64,000 nt of DNA, from NCBI GenBank assembly GCA_943355025.1, contig CALRDW010000003.1, forward strand, positions 7,680-71,679, in the 5' to 3' direction. Numbering within the stretch: position 1 is the stretch's first letter; each line of letters opens with the position of its first letter. Below the pieces are notes generated by a model, which had not been told where the DNA came from, did no database searches, and saw only the letters and a program-made list of their open reading frames with translations. The stretch comes from Candidatus Magasanikiibacteriota bacterium (GTDB lineage Bacteria > Patescibacteriota > Patescibacteriia > Magasanikbacterales > 2-02-FULL-50-9b). This document shows, piece after piece, positions 30,945-40,965 of this stretch. The position numbers were made by a program, and so were the translations under genes.

Positions 30945-31020
30945 GGGCCCTTAGCTTAGTTGGTAGAGCGCCGCATTTGCAATGCGGAGGTCGAGAGTTC
31001 GAATCTCTCAGGGTCCACCA
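30945..31020 (+). tRNA. tRNA-Ala(UGC)
   Basis: CCGCA-TT-TGC-AA-TGCGG; CCA encoded. Confidence 0.95.
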
Positions 31021-31026
31021 GAACTT

Positions 31027-31100
31027 CGGGGCGTAGCTCAGTTGGCTAGAGCACCTGCTTTGGGAGCAGGGGGTCGCACGTTCAAGTCGTGTCGCCCCGA
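31027..31100 (+). tRNA. tRNA-Pro(UGG)
   Basis: CCTGC-TT-TGG-GA-GCAGG. Confidence 0.95.
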
Positions 31101-31195
31101 TAAAAAAATACCACCAATTTCGGTGGTATTTTTTTATCTCGACTGAGGTCTCAGACTTGCCAAACGCGGCGCCCAGGCGTACACTAGTCACCGAT

Positions 31196-31270
31196 GCGGG
31201 CATCGTATAGTGGCTATTATGGCTGCCTTCCAAGCAGCAGAGACGGGTCCGATTCCCGTTGCCCGCTCCA
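31196..31270 (+). tRNA. tRNA-Gly(UCC)
   Basis: GCTGC-CT-TCC-AA-GCAGC; CCA encoded. Confidence 0.92.
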
Positions 31271-31304
31271 AAGAAAAATGCTCACCCTTGTGGTGGGCTT
31301 TTTT

Positions 31305-33356
31305 CTAATGTGTGATTGGTCGTTTGAATATTTTCTCAAATAATTTTGTAACAAACGCACGGATACGAAGAATAAATGCTTGAGCTTGTCGTGGACTGCG
31401 AAGTCGACGGCTGCTCCAGGTAATCAGAATATGTAGAAGTAGGAATGTTACTACTGTTGCGCCGAGCAAAAACAAACTTGATAGCGAATTTTGTTTTGTT
31501 GGAATAGCAATCCCTCCTGTATTTGCCGATGTTAATATAATACTGCTCTGCGTCTGGGGAACAAAGGTTGTTTGCGCCGCCTCATCGGTTAAAAACACAC
31601 CTTGAATTGCAATTGTATCGCCAAGTTTTACTCGTGTGCCATCTGAATAATGTCCGCGAGCTGGAACAAAGACATCCTCAGATTCTGTGTGAATGAGGAA
31701 ACTGGACGTTCCAGTATCCGTTACCTTTCCCATGATACGTGTTGATGAGACAGTTGAAGTGCCGAGAATTTTTATAGGCCCTTGTGCCGATATTTGTAGC
31801 AGCATTCGATCTGTTCTAAATTTTTTTGCTGCACGAAATTCGATTCGAGTTCCAGCTTTTAAATCTAATAATTCTGGTCTATTGCCGAGTGCTTCGACCA
31901 TATGTGAATCAACAATAAAACGATGTGCGCTGATTATTCCGGGTGGCACGGTTACAACACCTATATATTCATATGCGTGGGGCTGTGAAATAACTGCAGC
32001 ATGGAGTGGTGCAGCAGCTACTACCGCGTTTGTGGGCACTAACAGTTGCTTTGTCTCAGTAATTATTGATTTTTCTGATATCTGAGCGATTGGTTTATTT
32101 ATTTGTGTGGCGACTGGAGTAGTCGTTGTTGCCGCGGCCGCGTTTACACGCAGGTCATGATGGAGTTCTGCGACGCTGCCAACAGAATCACGTGCGCGCA
32201 CGAGAATTGTATACAGACCCGGCGCATCGTATTTGTGCGTTGTTGTTGTCCCAGAAATTTCAAAACCGTCTCCGAAATTCCAGATAATCTCCGCGAGGTC
32301 ATTATTGGGGTCCGTAGTATCTTCGGCAGAAACAGCGCACGGATTATTTACCACAAGCGGCTCTCCGCAAAGTGTGGCGCGAATAGTTGGAGGCGCGGGG
32401 AGTGATATGTACTCATTAGGTGCGTTTGGGGTTGGCTGGACGGTCCATTGCCACGCGCGAGCAATTTTTGCATACGCAGCGTTGATAGAAGCTGACTCAC
32501 TATAAATAACCTGGTCGATTATTTTTCCATCAGTATCTAATAGTTGCACCATTTCGCCACCAGAATCGTTGAGTGCAATCATTGTTTGTTTTCGCAGCCA
32601 CATGCGGCGGCTGCCAGGACCGAGCATCGTGTTTTCACCATGACTTCCGAGTGCATACGCAGCCCCCGATGCATCACGCAGCCATAGTCCTGCAACATCG
32701 ACGCCTTCCATCGAAGTGTTTTCTATCTCGATAAATTCATCGCCCGAAGTTGGATGCGGAAATAACTCGCTGAGCACAATTGGCCACTGAATGGCATGCG
32801 TAATGCGCGCCGCTATTGCGTCAGGCCCCGAAGTTAGTATGGTCGTAGTTTGTGTCGGCCCGTTTTGCGGCGTGGGAGTGCTCGTAGCTGAGCTTGGTGC
32901 ACTGCTCGTGCTCGTGGCGGTGGTTGATGCGCTATGAAATAGACTGACGACAGAGGAATCCTCGAATGTTGATACATAGGAATTAGTATTTACGAGTGCG
33001 ACGGTTGTTCCGCGATCTACAAGTGAGAGCGATGTGTAGGTCATCTGTGCCTGAAGCGCGAATCGTCCATTTTTATTAGCAACTGTATAGGTACTGCCAG
33101 CGTCAATTTGTGCCCCAGTTGTAAAATTTTTCTTCTGGATTGTCGTACTTCCATCACTACGCACTTGAATCGACCACCGCGATATATCGACGGGCCCCTG
33201 ACCTGTGTTGCGCAGTAGAATAAATTCGTCGTCTGCGCCCGGCGATCCTGTTTCAGCGGAATCGATTATTACGGCTGCGTATGCGGTATGAGCAAAGCCG
33301 AACGCAAGCGCAATCGTTGCTGCCCAAATTCCAAAAATAAATGGATATAATCGCAT
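31305..33356 (-). CDS. Surface protein with two lamin-tail domains, PKD domain and C-terminal TM anchor
   Basis: DEFI.L.N..VD...W twice, WNFGDG..HKY..PG.Y, signal peptide. Confidence 0.8.
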   Translation of the reverse strand: MRLYPFIFGIWAATIALAFGFAHTAYAAVIIDSAETGSPGADDEFILLRNTGQGPVDISRWSIQVRSDGSTTIQKKNFTTGAQIDAGSTYTVANKNGRFALQAQMTYTSLSLVDRGTTVALVNTNSYVSTFEDSSVVSLFHSASTTATSTSSAPSSATSTPTPQNGPTQTTTILTSGPDAIAARITHAIQWPIVLSELFPHPTSGDEFIEIENTSMEGVDVAGLWLRDASGAAYALGSHGENTMLGPGSRRMWLRKQTMIALNDSGGEMVQLLDTDGKIIDQVIYSESASINAAYAKIARAWQWTVQPTPNAPNEYISLPAPPTIRATLCGEPLVVNNPCAVSAEDTTDPNNDLAEIIWNFGDGFEISGTTTTHKYDAPGLYTILVRARDSVGSVAELHHDLRVNAAAATTTTPVATQINKPIAQISEKSIITETKQLLVPTNAVVAAAPLHAAVISQPHAYEYIGVVTVPPGIISAHRFIVDSHMVEALGNRPELLDLKAGTRIEFRAAKKFRTDRMLLQISAQGPIKILGTSTVSSTRIMGKVTDTGTSSFLIHTESEDVFVPARGHYSDGTRVKLGDTIAIQGVFLTDEAAQTTFVPQTQSSIILTSANTGGIAIPTKQNSLSSLFLLGATVVTFLLLHILITWSSRRLRSPRQAQAFILRIRAFVTKLFEKIFKRPITH

Positions 33357-33463
33357 AAATCGTACAGAATTAATTATTCTTTCTGTTTCTACTGGGTTCC
33401 ACTAATCATGATTTTTGTCAAGTGTTGATAAACGGTGGAAAGTTGGCTATCATGCCTTAACAG

Positions 33464-33550
33464 GGGCAGGTGGCGGAATTGGTATACGCGCTGGCTTTAG
33501 GAGCCAGTCCTGGAAACGGGTTGAGGGTTCAAGTCCCTCCCTGCCCACCA
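33464..33550 (+). tRNA. tRNA-Leu(UAG)
   Basis: CTGGC-TT-TAG-GA-GCCAG; CCA encoded. Confidence 0.95.
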
Positions 33551-33595
33551 GTTTTGAGTTTCAAACGAGGGGCAAGTCCCGAAATTAATAATTCT

Positions 33596-34594
33596 ATGGA
33601 TCAGCCCGCAATCACGGTTTCCAATCTTACAAAAAAGTTTTCTTTTACTGCGAAAGAGGAGTCTTCGGGCTGGATAAAAAATTTATTCTCACCTGTTACA
33701 AAGGAAATCGTGGCGGTTGATGGTGTATCATTTTCTGTTGAGCACGGAGAACGCATTGCATTTATTGGTCCAAACGGCGCGGGAAAATCGACAACGATTA
33801 AAATGTTAACGGGAATTTTATTTCCAACGTCCGGCACGGTTTCGATTCTAGGGCTCGATCCAACAAAAGATCGAAAAAAACTCGCGTACCAAATCGGTAC
33901 AGTTTTTGGCCAACGCTCTCAACTTCTGCCAAATCTTCCACTGACGGATTCGCTCGAATTTTTCGGCGTGATGTATGACCTGCCGGAAAAAATAATTCAG
34001 AAACGAATCGTCGAACTTGTCGATTTATTTGATCTCGGTTCATTCATTTCGCAACCTGTCCGCAAACTTTCCCTCGGCCAGCGCATGCGCGCGGAGGTTG
34101 CAGCGTCACTCATTCACAAACCAAAAATTATTTTGCTCGACGAACCGACGATCGGCCTTGATGTTGTTGCAAAAAAAGCGCTACGCGATCTACTCATCAG
34201 AATAAATAAGGAAGAAAATACAACAATTTTTTTAACCTCGCATGACGTAGGCGATATCGAATCGCTCTGTGACAGAACTATCGTTATTAATCATGGATCG
34301 GTGATTAAAGATTTGCCGACGCAGGACTTGGCACGTTCGTTCGTGTACGAAAAATTTATTGATCTTGTCGCAGAGCACAAATTCAGCACGTTCCCAAAAT
34401 TGCCCGCGGGCATTCGGTACGCAACAACAAACGCAAACAAAATAACAGTTGTTGTTGATATTAATAAAATTTCTGTTCAGGCTGCGCTCATAAAATTACT
34501 TACCTTGTTCGAAGTCGAAGATATCGATGTATACAACGCTGATTTAGAAACGGTTATTCGACATATTTATGAGCGGAATTCGGATCGCGCGTAA
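33596..34594 (+). CDS. ABC exporter ATP-binding protein
   Basis: GPNGAGKST, LSLGQRMR, LDEPTIGLD; start moved downstream of the tRNA. Confidence 0.93.
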   Translation: MDQPAITVSNLTKKFSFTAKEESSGWIKNLFSPVTKEIVAVDGVSFSVEHGERIAFIGPNGAGKSTTIKMLTGILFPTSGTVSILGLDPTKDRKKLAYQIGTVFGQRSQLLPNLPLTDSLEFFGVMYDLPEKIIQKRIVELVDLFDLGSFISQPVRKLSLGQRMRAEVAASLIHKPKIILLDEPTIGLDVVAKKALRDLLIRINKEENTTIFLTSHDVGDIESLCDRTIVINHGSVIKDLPTQDLARSFVYEKFIDLVAEHKFSTFPKLPAGIRYATTNANKITVVVDINKISVQAALIKLLTLFEVEDIDVYNADLETVIRHIYERNSDRA

Positions 34595-35369
34595 AATTAT
34601 TTCGACGCTCGTTAAAGATCGGATTCACTATCCAGCGCGGCTTATTATTGATACGTTTGCTGTTATTGCGCGTTGCGGGCTGCTTCTAATTTTATATGCA
34701 CATGTATTTCGAATAAATGGCGGCGTTATAAACGGAACGACATTTATTTTTGCCGCGTGGAGCATCTTTTTTTATTTTTCTTTTTCTATTTTGCGCCTCC
34801 GTGATATTTCGCGCGCGATAATGCAGGATGTACAAAGCGGAACGATTGAGATGCTTTTGAGTAAACCGTTTTCGTATTTGTGGTATCGCGCATGTTGGCA
34901 AATCGGTTCGGGAATTTATTCATTCATAACAATTTTTGTCGTTGCGACTATCATTCTTGGTTTTTGGATTGGATTTCCGTCAACTATGCTCGTCGGAGTT
35001 TTTATTCCAACATTTACACTAACATTTTTGTGTGGCTCAGTGCTTTCGCTTTTGGTATATTCGGCAGTGGGCCTTTTGGCATTTTGGATGGAGGACGTCA
35101 ACCCTGTGTTTTGGGTTGTTGATAAAGCGGTTATGATTCTCGGCGGCTCGTATCTTCCGGTTGCTCTATTTCCACCACTCATGTTTAAACTCGCTCTCTA
35201 CAGTCCCTTTGGCGCAACACTATTTGTTTCACACACGGTATCTCCGTCGTGGCAAACAACGTGGACCACACTTGTTGGTGCTCAATTATTTTGGATAGCT
35301 ATTTTTGGTCTGGTTGTGTATTGTATGTTTGAAAGAGCGCGGCGGAAAGTGTCGATAAACGGCGGCTAA
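34569..35369 (+). CDS. ABC-2 type permease
   Basis: About six TM helices, next to the ATPase, ends in NGG. Confidence 0.85.
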   Translation: MSGIRIARKIISTLVKDRIHYPARLIIDTFAVIARCGLLLILYAHVFRINGGVINGTTFIFAAWSIFFYFSFSILRLRDISRAIMQDVQSGTIEMLLSKPFSYLWYRACWQIGSGIYSFITIFVVATIILGFWIGFPSTMLVGVFIPTFTLTFLCGSVLSLLVYSAVGLLAFWMEDVNPVFWVVDKAVMILGGSYLPVALFPPLMFKLALYSPFGATLFVSHTVSPSWQTTWTTLVGAQLFWIAIFGLVVYCMFERARRKVSINGG

Positions 35370-35371
35370 TT

Positions 35372-36166
35372 ATGGCGAATGAATTACAGTTTGCGTTGTA
35401 CGCGATAAAAAAGAATATTCAAAGCAGTGCGGAACTTCGCACCAGTTTTTTAATGAATGTCATCGGCATGTTCGTTAACAATACCGCATTCATTCTCCTG
35501 TGGGTGTTTTTTGTAAAATCAGTTGGGGTTATTGGCGGTTGGACAGCGGCAGATATTATCGGCTTGCAGGGGTATACGTCTCTATGTTACGGCGTAGTTT
35601 TTTCAACATGCTTCGGGATTAGAAAAATTCCTGATTATATATCCTCGGGTGTGTTTGACCGCTTTATGCTCTCACCGAAAAATTTATTAATGCGCACCGC
35701 CACGTCAGCGTTCAGTGTTTCTTCGTTGGGCGACATAATTTTTGGCGTCGTCTGCCTCTGCATCTACGCGGTTTTAATTCATGCAGGACTGATCCAAGTT
35801 GCGCTCATGCTCGCGATAGCATGTATTGCGTCGATAATTTTTTTATCTGCAATACTTATTATAAATTCGCTCAGTTTTTTCTTTTCAGATTCGAGCGCTG
35901 TAACGGGGAGTCTGTTTGAGCTCTTTCTAACGCCATCGCTCTTTCATGGTGGTGCATTCCAAGGTGCGATGCGATTTATTTTTACGTTTATTATTCCATC
36001 ATTGCTCGTTGGAGCGATTCCAGTTGAAATTGTGCGCGACGCATCATTTGAAAAATTTTTACTTGTGGGCGTTCTTGCTGTAATCTGGTTTTTGTTTTCA
36101 ATTTATATTTTTAATCGGTCGGTCAGGCACTACGAGAGTTCGAACTTTATGACATTTGGAAGTTAA
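35372..36166 (+). CDS. ABC-2 type permease
   Basis: IGGW, G.FD..LSP; multi-TM. Confidence 0.85.
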   Translation: MANELQFALYAIKKNIQSSAELRTSFLMNVIGMFVNNTAFILLWVFFVKSVGVIGGWTAADIIGLQGYTSLCYGVVFSTCFGIRKIPDYISSGVFDRFMLSPKNLLMRTATSAFSVSSLGDIIFGVVCLCIYAVLIHAGLIQVALMLAIACIASIIFLSAILIINSLSFFFSDSSAVTGSLFELFLTPSLFHGGAFQGAMRFIFTFIIPSLLVGAIPVEIVRDASFEKFLLVGVLAVIWFLFSIYIFNRSVRHYESSNFMTFGS

Positions 36167-36179
36167 CGCGTGAATTACT

Positions 36180-37298
36180 ATGAAAATGATTGATACTTCG
36201 CAGGCCGCAAAATCAATACTCAGGGTCACAGAAGATTTGATCCGCATTCACTCGACTGCGGACCGAACCGATGAACTATACCACGCGATTCAATATGTCG
36301 CGGATTATTTTTCTGATTTGCCAGAGCTTGTCATACATCGATATGAAAGTAATAACAAACCATCGATTGTAATTAGTTTTGAGGAAACGCTTGAACCACA
36401 GGTCATGCTGGTTGGTCACGTCGACGCTGTTCCTGCACCTGATGAGTTGTTCGAACCACGCTATGAATCGGGCCGGTTATATGCACGCGGCGCATGTGAC
36501 ATGAAAAGCGAAGTTGCTGTAATGATGACGCTCATGCGGGATTTTTATTCGGCGAGTCCACGACCGTCGCTTGCGCTCATGCTCACGAGTGACGAAGAAA
36601 TTAACGGCAACAATGGTGCTCGATATCTTCTACACGATATTGGGTATCGCGCGAAAGTTGCGCTTGTGCCCGATGGCGGCGCTGAGCCAAGCCGAATAAT
36701 TCTCAAAAGTAAGGGAGTGCTCCACCTACACATTGGTGTTCGCGGACGTGCGGCTCACGGCTCGCGTCCGTGGCTCGGAAAAAATGCGATTGAAGATTTA
36801 TACGCGCTTTACGAACAGATTAAAACATTATTTCCACCGACAGATGATCCGGAACATTGGCACAGCACCTGTATCGTTGGAACAATTTCTGGGGGTGTTG
36901 CAACAAATCAGATTCCAGATTTTGCCGAGTGCGGAATTGATATTCGGTTTACAGAAGAACACGCGCTTGTGGATATTCTCTCGAAAATTCGCGCGTTTGC
37001 GCCGGACGCGGACATCGAAATTTTGTCGAAAGGCCATCCGATGTTTACGTCGCGTTCGAACCAGTTTGTCATGCTGTATGAGGAAGCTGTTCGGACGCTG
37101 TTCAATGTCCCGGAGCTTCAAGAAGAAATTACGCATGGCGCAACCGACGGTCGATTTTTTGCCGAATTCGGAATTCCTGTTATTGTGTCGCGCCCAGTTT
37201 CTGATGACCAACACAGCCCTAATGAATGGCTTGACCTTGCAAGTCTCGAAGATTTTAAGCGACTGTATGAACGTGCGATCACATTATTTCTTCGGTAA
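36180..37298 (+). CDS. M20 family metallopeptidase (ArgE/DapE-like)
   Basis: GHVDAV, RGACDMK, DEE, AHGSRPW and H..NE motifs. Confidence 0.9.
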   Translation: MKMIDTSQAAKSILRVTEDLIRIHSTADRTDELYHAIQYVADYFSDLPELVIHRYESNNKPSIVISFEETLEPQVMLVGHVDAVPAPDELFEPRYESGRLYARGACDMKSEVAVMMTLMRDFYSASPRPSLALMLTSDEEINGNNGARYLLHDIGYRAKVALVPDGGAEPSRIILKSKGVLHLHIGVRGRAAHGSRPWLGKNAIEDLYALYEQIKTLFPPTDDPEHWHSTCIVGTISGGVATNQIPDFAECGIDIRFTEEHALVDILSKIRAFAPDADIEILSKGHPMFTSRSNQFVMLYEEAVRTLFNVPELQEEITHGATDGRFFAEFGIPVIVSRPVSDDQHSPNEWLDLASLEDFKRLYERAITLFLR

Positions 37299-37340
37299 AT
37301 GTGATATACTAGTCTAAACTAGACTTTTATAGAGAAACAT

Positions 37341-38369
37341 ATGCCTGTTGATCCTTTTGAAATGTACCCACTTGAGCCACAGCCCGAAGAGCACAAAAAA
37401 GAATCTTTAAAATTTCAACCAAAGGATGAATTTTATTTTGATCATGCAGCCGCACTTAAGCATTCCGCAGAATGGAGTTTGAATGAATTACCGAAACAAT
37501 ATAAAAAGAATACTGAAATTTTGGATGAGCTTGGATTACTCGAGAATTCTAAGGGAGAGCGAGCAATTAAAAGCGTTGATGGTAAGACGTATTCATATCC
37601 TACCGTAGAAAACATACAGAAGTATTTTGAGAGCATGCCAAACATTGAGATGAAGCATGCTCAGGGTTTTAACCGATTGCTGATTGTTCCGTTCGGGTTG
37701 CCAATTGAAAAAATAGGAGAAGCAGTTAGTAAAAATTTAATACATGGAATACGTTCTGGCAGGTACCTTACTGCAAATGGAGAATCTTTCCGTGGTGACG
37801 CAGACGAGGACATGATTATGATTGCCCGCTCCATTTTGGGAGAACGAGGCTGGGGAGATCTTAAATATTATCCAGACTCGTTTGATCAAAAAAAAGATTC
37901 AGGTAAAACAAAATTGGAAATTTTGGGTGGAGGTTCTTCGGTTCAACCATTTCCAGGGTTTCATGTGCTTTTGTTGCCTGAAACAATTGAAATGCCAAAA
38001 GAGGGAGAGGGCAAAACAGTGGCGGGTCGAAAGCAATTTGAATGCGGAATGAGTGCTGAAGATGTTTTAGAATCTTTAAAGACAGACCCTGCATTCAAGC
38101 TTGAATGTGGTTTAACTATTGAAGATTGGCTTTTGTTTTTAGCGGCAGAGACTCGTAGTACAGGACGCTTACCTGGGTGTGCTAATGACACAGATTTTTT
38201 TGATGTAAGCGATCTGCCGCCATCAGCAATATTGTTGGGTAATTTAATTGGAAAAACTGACATAACGGTGTGGGCTGGGTGGTACCCTAGACACCAAACG
38301 TACGGGGTCGGGCATCTTGATGCTGATGATGGTCATGACAAGCTTTGCGCAATGACGGCTGTTAAATAA
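37341..38369 (+). CDS. DGR-target-like family protein, diverged paralog E
   Basis: GFNRLLIVPFG, PFPGF, PKEGEG..GRKQ, GLTIEDWL, terminal TAVK. Confidence 0.78.
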   Translation: MPVDPFEMYPLEPQPEEHKKESLKFQPKDEFYFDHAAALKHSAEWSLNELPKQYKKNTEILDELGLLENSKGERAIKSVDGKTYSYPTVENIQKYFESMPNIEMKHAQGFNRLLIVPFGLPIEKIGEAVSKNLIHGIRSGRYLTANGESFRGDADEDMIMIARSILGERGWGDLKYYPDSFDQKKDSGKTKLEILGGGSSVQPFPGFHVLLLPETIEMPKEGEGKTVAGRKQFECGMSAEDVLESLKTDPAFKLECGLTIEDWLLFLAAETRSTGRLPGCANDTDFFDVSDLPPSAILLGNLIGKTDITVWAGWYPRHQTYGVGHLDADDGHDKLCAMTAVK

Positions 38370-38380
38370 TCAGCGCATTT

Positions 38381-38836
38381 TTAATAATCGTATTTCCCTT
38401 TTTCGCGCATGATGACGCGGTAGAGTTGTTCGAGGAGGAGTGCACGCGTCATGTGGTGGGTAAAAGTGAGTGGAGAAAGCGAGAGAAGTTCGTTTGCGCG
38501 TTCGAGAATTGATGCGTCGAGCCCGAGTGGGCCGCCAATAATAAAAATAACTTCTTGTTTGCGACGCCAGATTTCGAGCGACTCGGCGAATTTTTTTGTT
38601 GTTGGGGTTTTTGAATCAGGATGGAGCGCGATTACGTATGCCCCCGGCTTCATATATTTAACAACGAGCGCAGCCTCTTGGTGTTTGATGTGGTCCGCCG
38701 TCTCATTTTTCGACAGGGGGACCTCCGCAATTTCAATCACACGCACCGGCAGGTATGGTCCGAGGCGCGTTATATATTGCTCAGCGATTGCACGCCAGGC
38801 ATCTTTAAGCTTGCCGATTGAAATGATGGTAAACAT
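38381..38836 (-). CDS. rlmH: 23S rRNA m3Psi1915 methyltransferase
   Basis: IGKLK, FIIGG..G, LSPLTFTH, LEQLYR. Confidence 0.92.
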   Translation of the reverse strand: MFTIISIGKLKDAWRAIAEQYITRLGPYLPVRVIEIAEVPLSKNETADHIKHQEAALVVKYMKPGAYVIALHPDSKTPTTKKFAESLEIWRRKQEVIFIIGGPLGLDASILERANELLSLSPLTFTHHMTRALLLEQLYRVIMREKGKYDY

Positions 38837-38956
38837 GTGTCCATCATAACACATGCCTTGACAAATCGGTGTGTTTGCCGTAGTGTAAGGAGCTGTAATC
38901 CCAGGGTGGGATACAGTAGTTTACCAATCGAATCGAGTTAAAAGTTGGAGGATACC

Positions 38957-40378
38957 ATGGGACGATCAAAACGTGGGCGCGCTGAATTGCGCGCCGCACA
39001 GCGGCAAGGCATTGCTGCTCCGAAACGTGGTGGAAACGCTGAGCGCGTGAATAAAGTGAGCCGTGTTGCGCAAGCTGCAAATAAACCGGAAGAGCTCGAG
39101 ATGCACATGGAGCCGCCAGTGCCGCAGAAGCCGACGTTTCATCTTGTCTTGGACAAGGCGGATGATGGCTCGTCGAACATGCTTTTTCGTTGGTGTTTGG
39201 CACCGGACACGCCGAAGCAGCTCCGCGAGAAAGAGGTTCTCGCGCCGTATCTGTTTGTGGCGTACGGTGAGTGGAATGAAAGCCTCGGCTGCTTCCGCCG
39301 CCATTCAGAAGAGCGCAAACTGATTCCTCTGTCCGAAGGTCACGGTCTCATCCAGTTTCATCGGCCCGGCAAACAGACGATCATGGCAACGATCGTCTGG
39401 GCATCGACGCCCGAAGGAACTGAGCGCAAATCGCGCATCAAGTTGCACAATGATCTGCTCAACCGCGCCGCTAAGTACTGGACCTTCTCTAGTTTTAGAG
39501 AAAACAACGAGGGCCAAGGACAGATTGAATTTGCGCTGGAGGGGGCTATTCATTCGTTCGGTCCAGTGGTAATCGAGCACAAACGCGTTGATGAATCGAG
39601 TTTTGCCGCGGAGCCGCCGGCTTGGCTTAAATGGTGGGTCAACCTGTGGCACGAGGACAGGCCGCGCAACGAGTGTAATTTTCGGGGGCGTCTTGGTCTC
39701 TCATTCCTTAAGTGGATTCCTGTCTTGGTGTTTCTCATCTGCCGAACAGTGTTCGGTATTTGCGCGGGGACATTCGCGTTTCTCTGTGGTCGTCGGACCC
39801 ATTTCAGCGTCATCATTCATCCATTTGACTTGGATGTTGGTGATATCGGACCATTCGGTAAATACAACTGGAATGATGTCAATAACAATTGGGTGCGCAT
39901 GACGAAGCGCGACGGTGACGAAGATCGGTATTATCAGACTGTTGCGCCGGGTATGGCTGTCCTGCTCACGCCGTTAACATGGATCTGCATCGCGGCCGTT
40001 GCAGCGGCCTGGTTATTTGCCGGTCCATCAGACAAAGCGGTGCACACAGTCATAACGCTCCTTGCCATCCTCATTGGGTTTGTTGTGTTTATGCTCTGCA
40101 ACGAGCAGAGCATAAAAGACTGGTCCGATGATCGGAATCGGAATGCTGTTTCTCGGAGAAACCGTGGAGCGGCGAATAACGAGGATCCAGAAAAAGATCC
40201 GGCGTTCATGCGCGCGCTCGACGACTATTACGCGCGACGAGTTGCGCCGCTTGCATGCGCGGTTGGCGAGCCTGAAGGCGATGCATCGTTTGCATCCCTG
40301 CCGCCGTCGCATCAAACCCTTTCGGCGCGGTTCCAGGAATTCAAACCGAAAGTCTGCAAACCGTTTCGTCTTGGTTAA
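38957..40378 (+). CDS. Hypothetical membrane protein
   Basis: TTGACA-17-TAGTGT promoter, SD GGAGGA; 3-4 hydrophobic segments. Confidence 0.7.
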   Translation: MGRSKRGRAELRAAQRQGIAAPKRGGNAERVNKVSRVAQAANKPEELEMHMEPPVPQKPTFHLVLDKADDGSSNMLFRWCLAPDTPKQLREKEVLAPYLFVAYGEWNESLGCFRRHSEERKLIPLSEGHGLIQFHRPGKQTIMATIVWASTPEGTERKSRIKLHNDLLNRAAKYWTFSSFRENNEGQGQIEFALEGAIHSFGPVVIEHKRVDESSFAAEPPAWLKWWVNLWHEDRPRNECNFRGRLGLSFLKWIPVLVFLICRTVFGICAGTFAFLCGRRTHFSVIIHPFDLDVGDIGPFGKYNWNDVNNNWVRMTKRDGDEDRYYQTVAPGMAVLLTPLTWICIAAVAAAWLFAGPSDKAVHTVITLLAILIGFVVFMLCNEQSIKDWSDDRNRNAVSRRNRGAANNEDPEKDPAFMRALDDYYARRVAPLACAVGEPEGDASFASLPPSHQTLSARFQEFKPKVCKPFRLG

Positions 40379-40492
40379 TAGTCGAATTGCCACACACGTC
40401 TGGCCCGTTGCTCACACATAGCATGGGACAGACGGTGTGGCTTTTATTTTTTAGTTTGACACCATGTTTAACTTAAGATAAACTTTAAATCT

Positions 40493-40717
40493 ATGAAAGA
40501 TACAATTATAGGGTTTAAAGAATTGCGTGAGAATGCTGATAAATATATTTCTGCCATTGAGAAAGGTAAACGATTTTTAGTCATGCGACGTTCAAAGCCA
40601 GTGTTTACAATAGCATCACCCGATGAAAGTACTGAGCTGTGGGAGACTGTTGCCGATTTTACAAAAATTCGTCGGGGCGGCATCCTCCTCGAGGATCTTT
40701 TGAAAAGACTCGTGTGA
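40493..40717 (+). CDS. Phd/YefM-like antitoxin
   Basis: IGFKELRE..G.RFLVMRRSKP; overlaps the toxin start (GTGA). Confidence 0.8.
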   Translation: MKDTIIGFKELRENADKYISAIEKGKRFLVMRRSKPVFTIASPDESTELWETVADFTKIRRGGILLEDLLKRLV

Positions 40718-40962
40718 CAGACCGAATTGAGAAGTTGCTTTTAAAATTGTCTGAAGGCGATCGAGCTAAACTTCGTGCAGTGTTTATACGAATTCGTGCA
40801 CGAAAGTTTGTCGGACTTGATTTACGTAAGCTCAAAGGCCATGAGCAGATCTACCGTGTCCGTGCTGGGGCTATCCGTAGCATCTTTCGCATTGATGAAA
40901 CGGCTGATGCTGTATATATAATTTCAGTGGAACGTCGGAGTGATACCACCCATAATCTTTGA
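40714..40962 (+). CDS. RelE/ParE-family toxin
   Basis: KLKG....YRVRAG.IR.IF......VERR. Confidence 0.8.
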   Translation: MTDRIEKLLLKLSEGDRAKLRAVFIRIRARKFVGLDLRKLKGHEQIYRVRAGAIRSIFRIDETADAVYIISVERRSDTTHNL

Positions 40963-40965
40963 TGT

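Noticed and set aside
33470-33595. N-terminal extension of the ABC ATPase
   Set aside because: It overlaps tRNA-Leu(UAG); the likely start is ATG 33596
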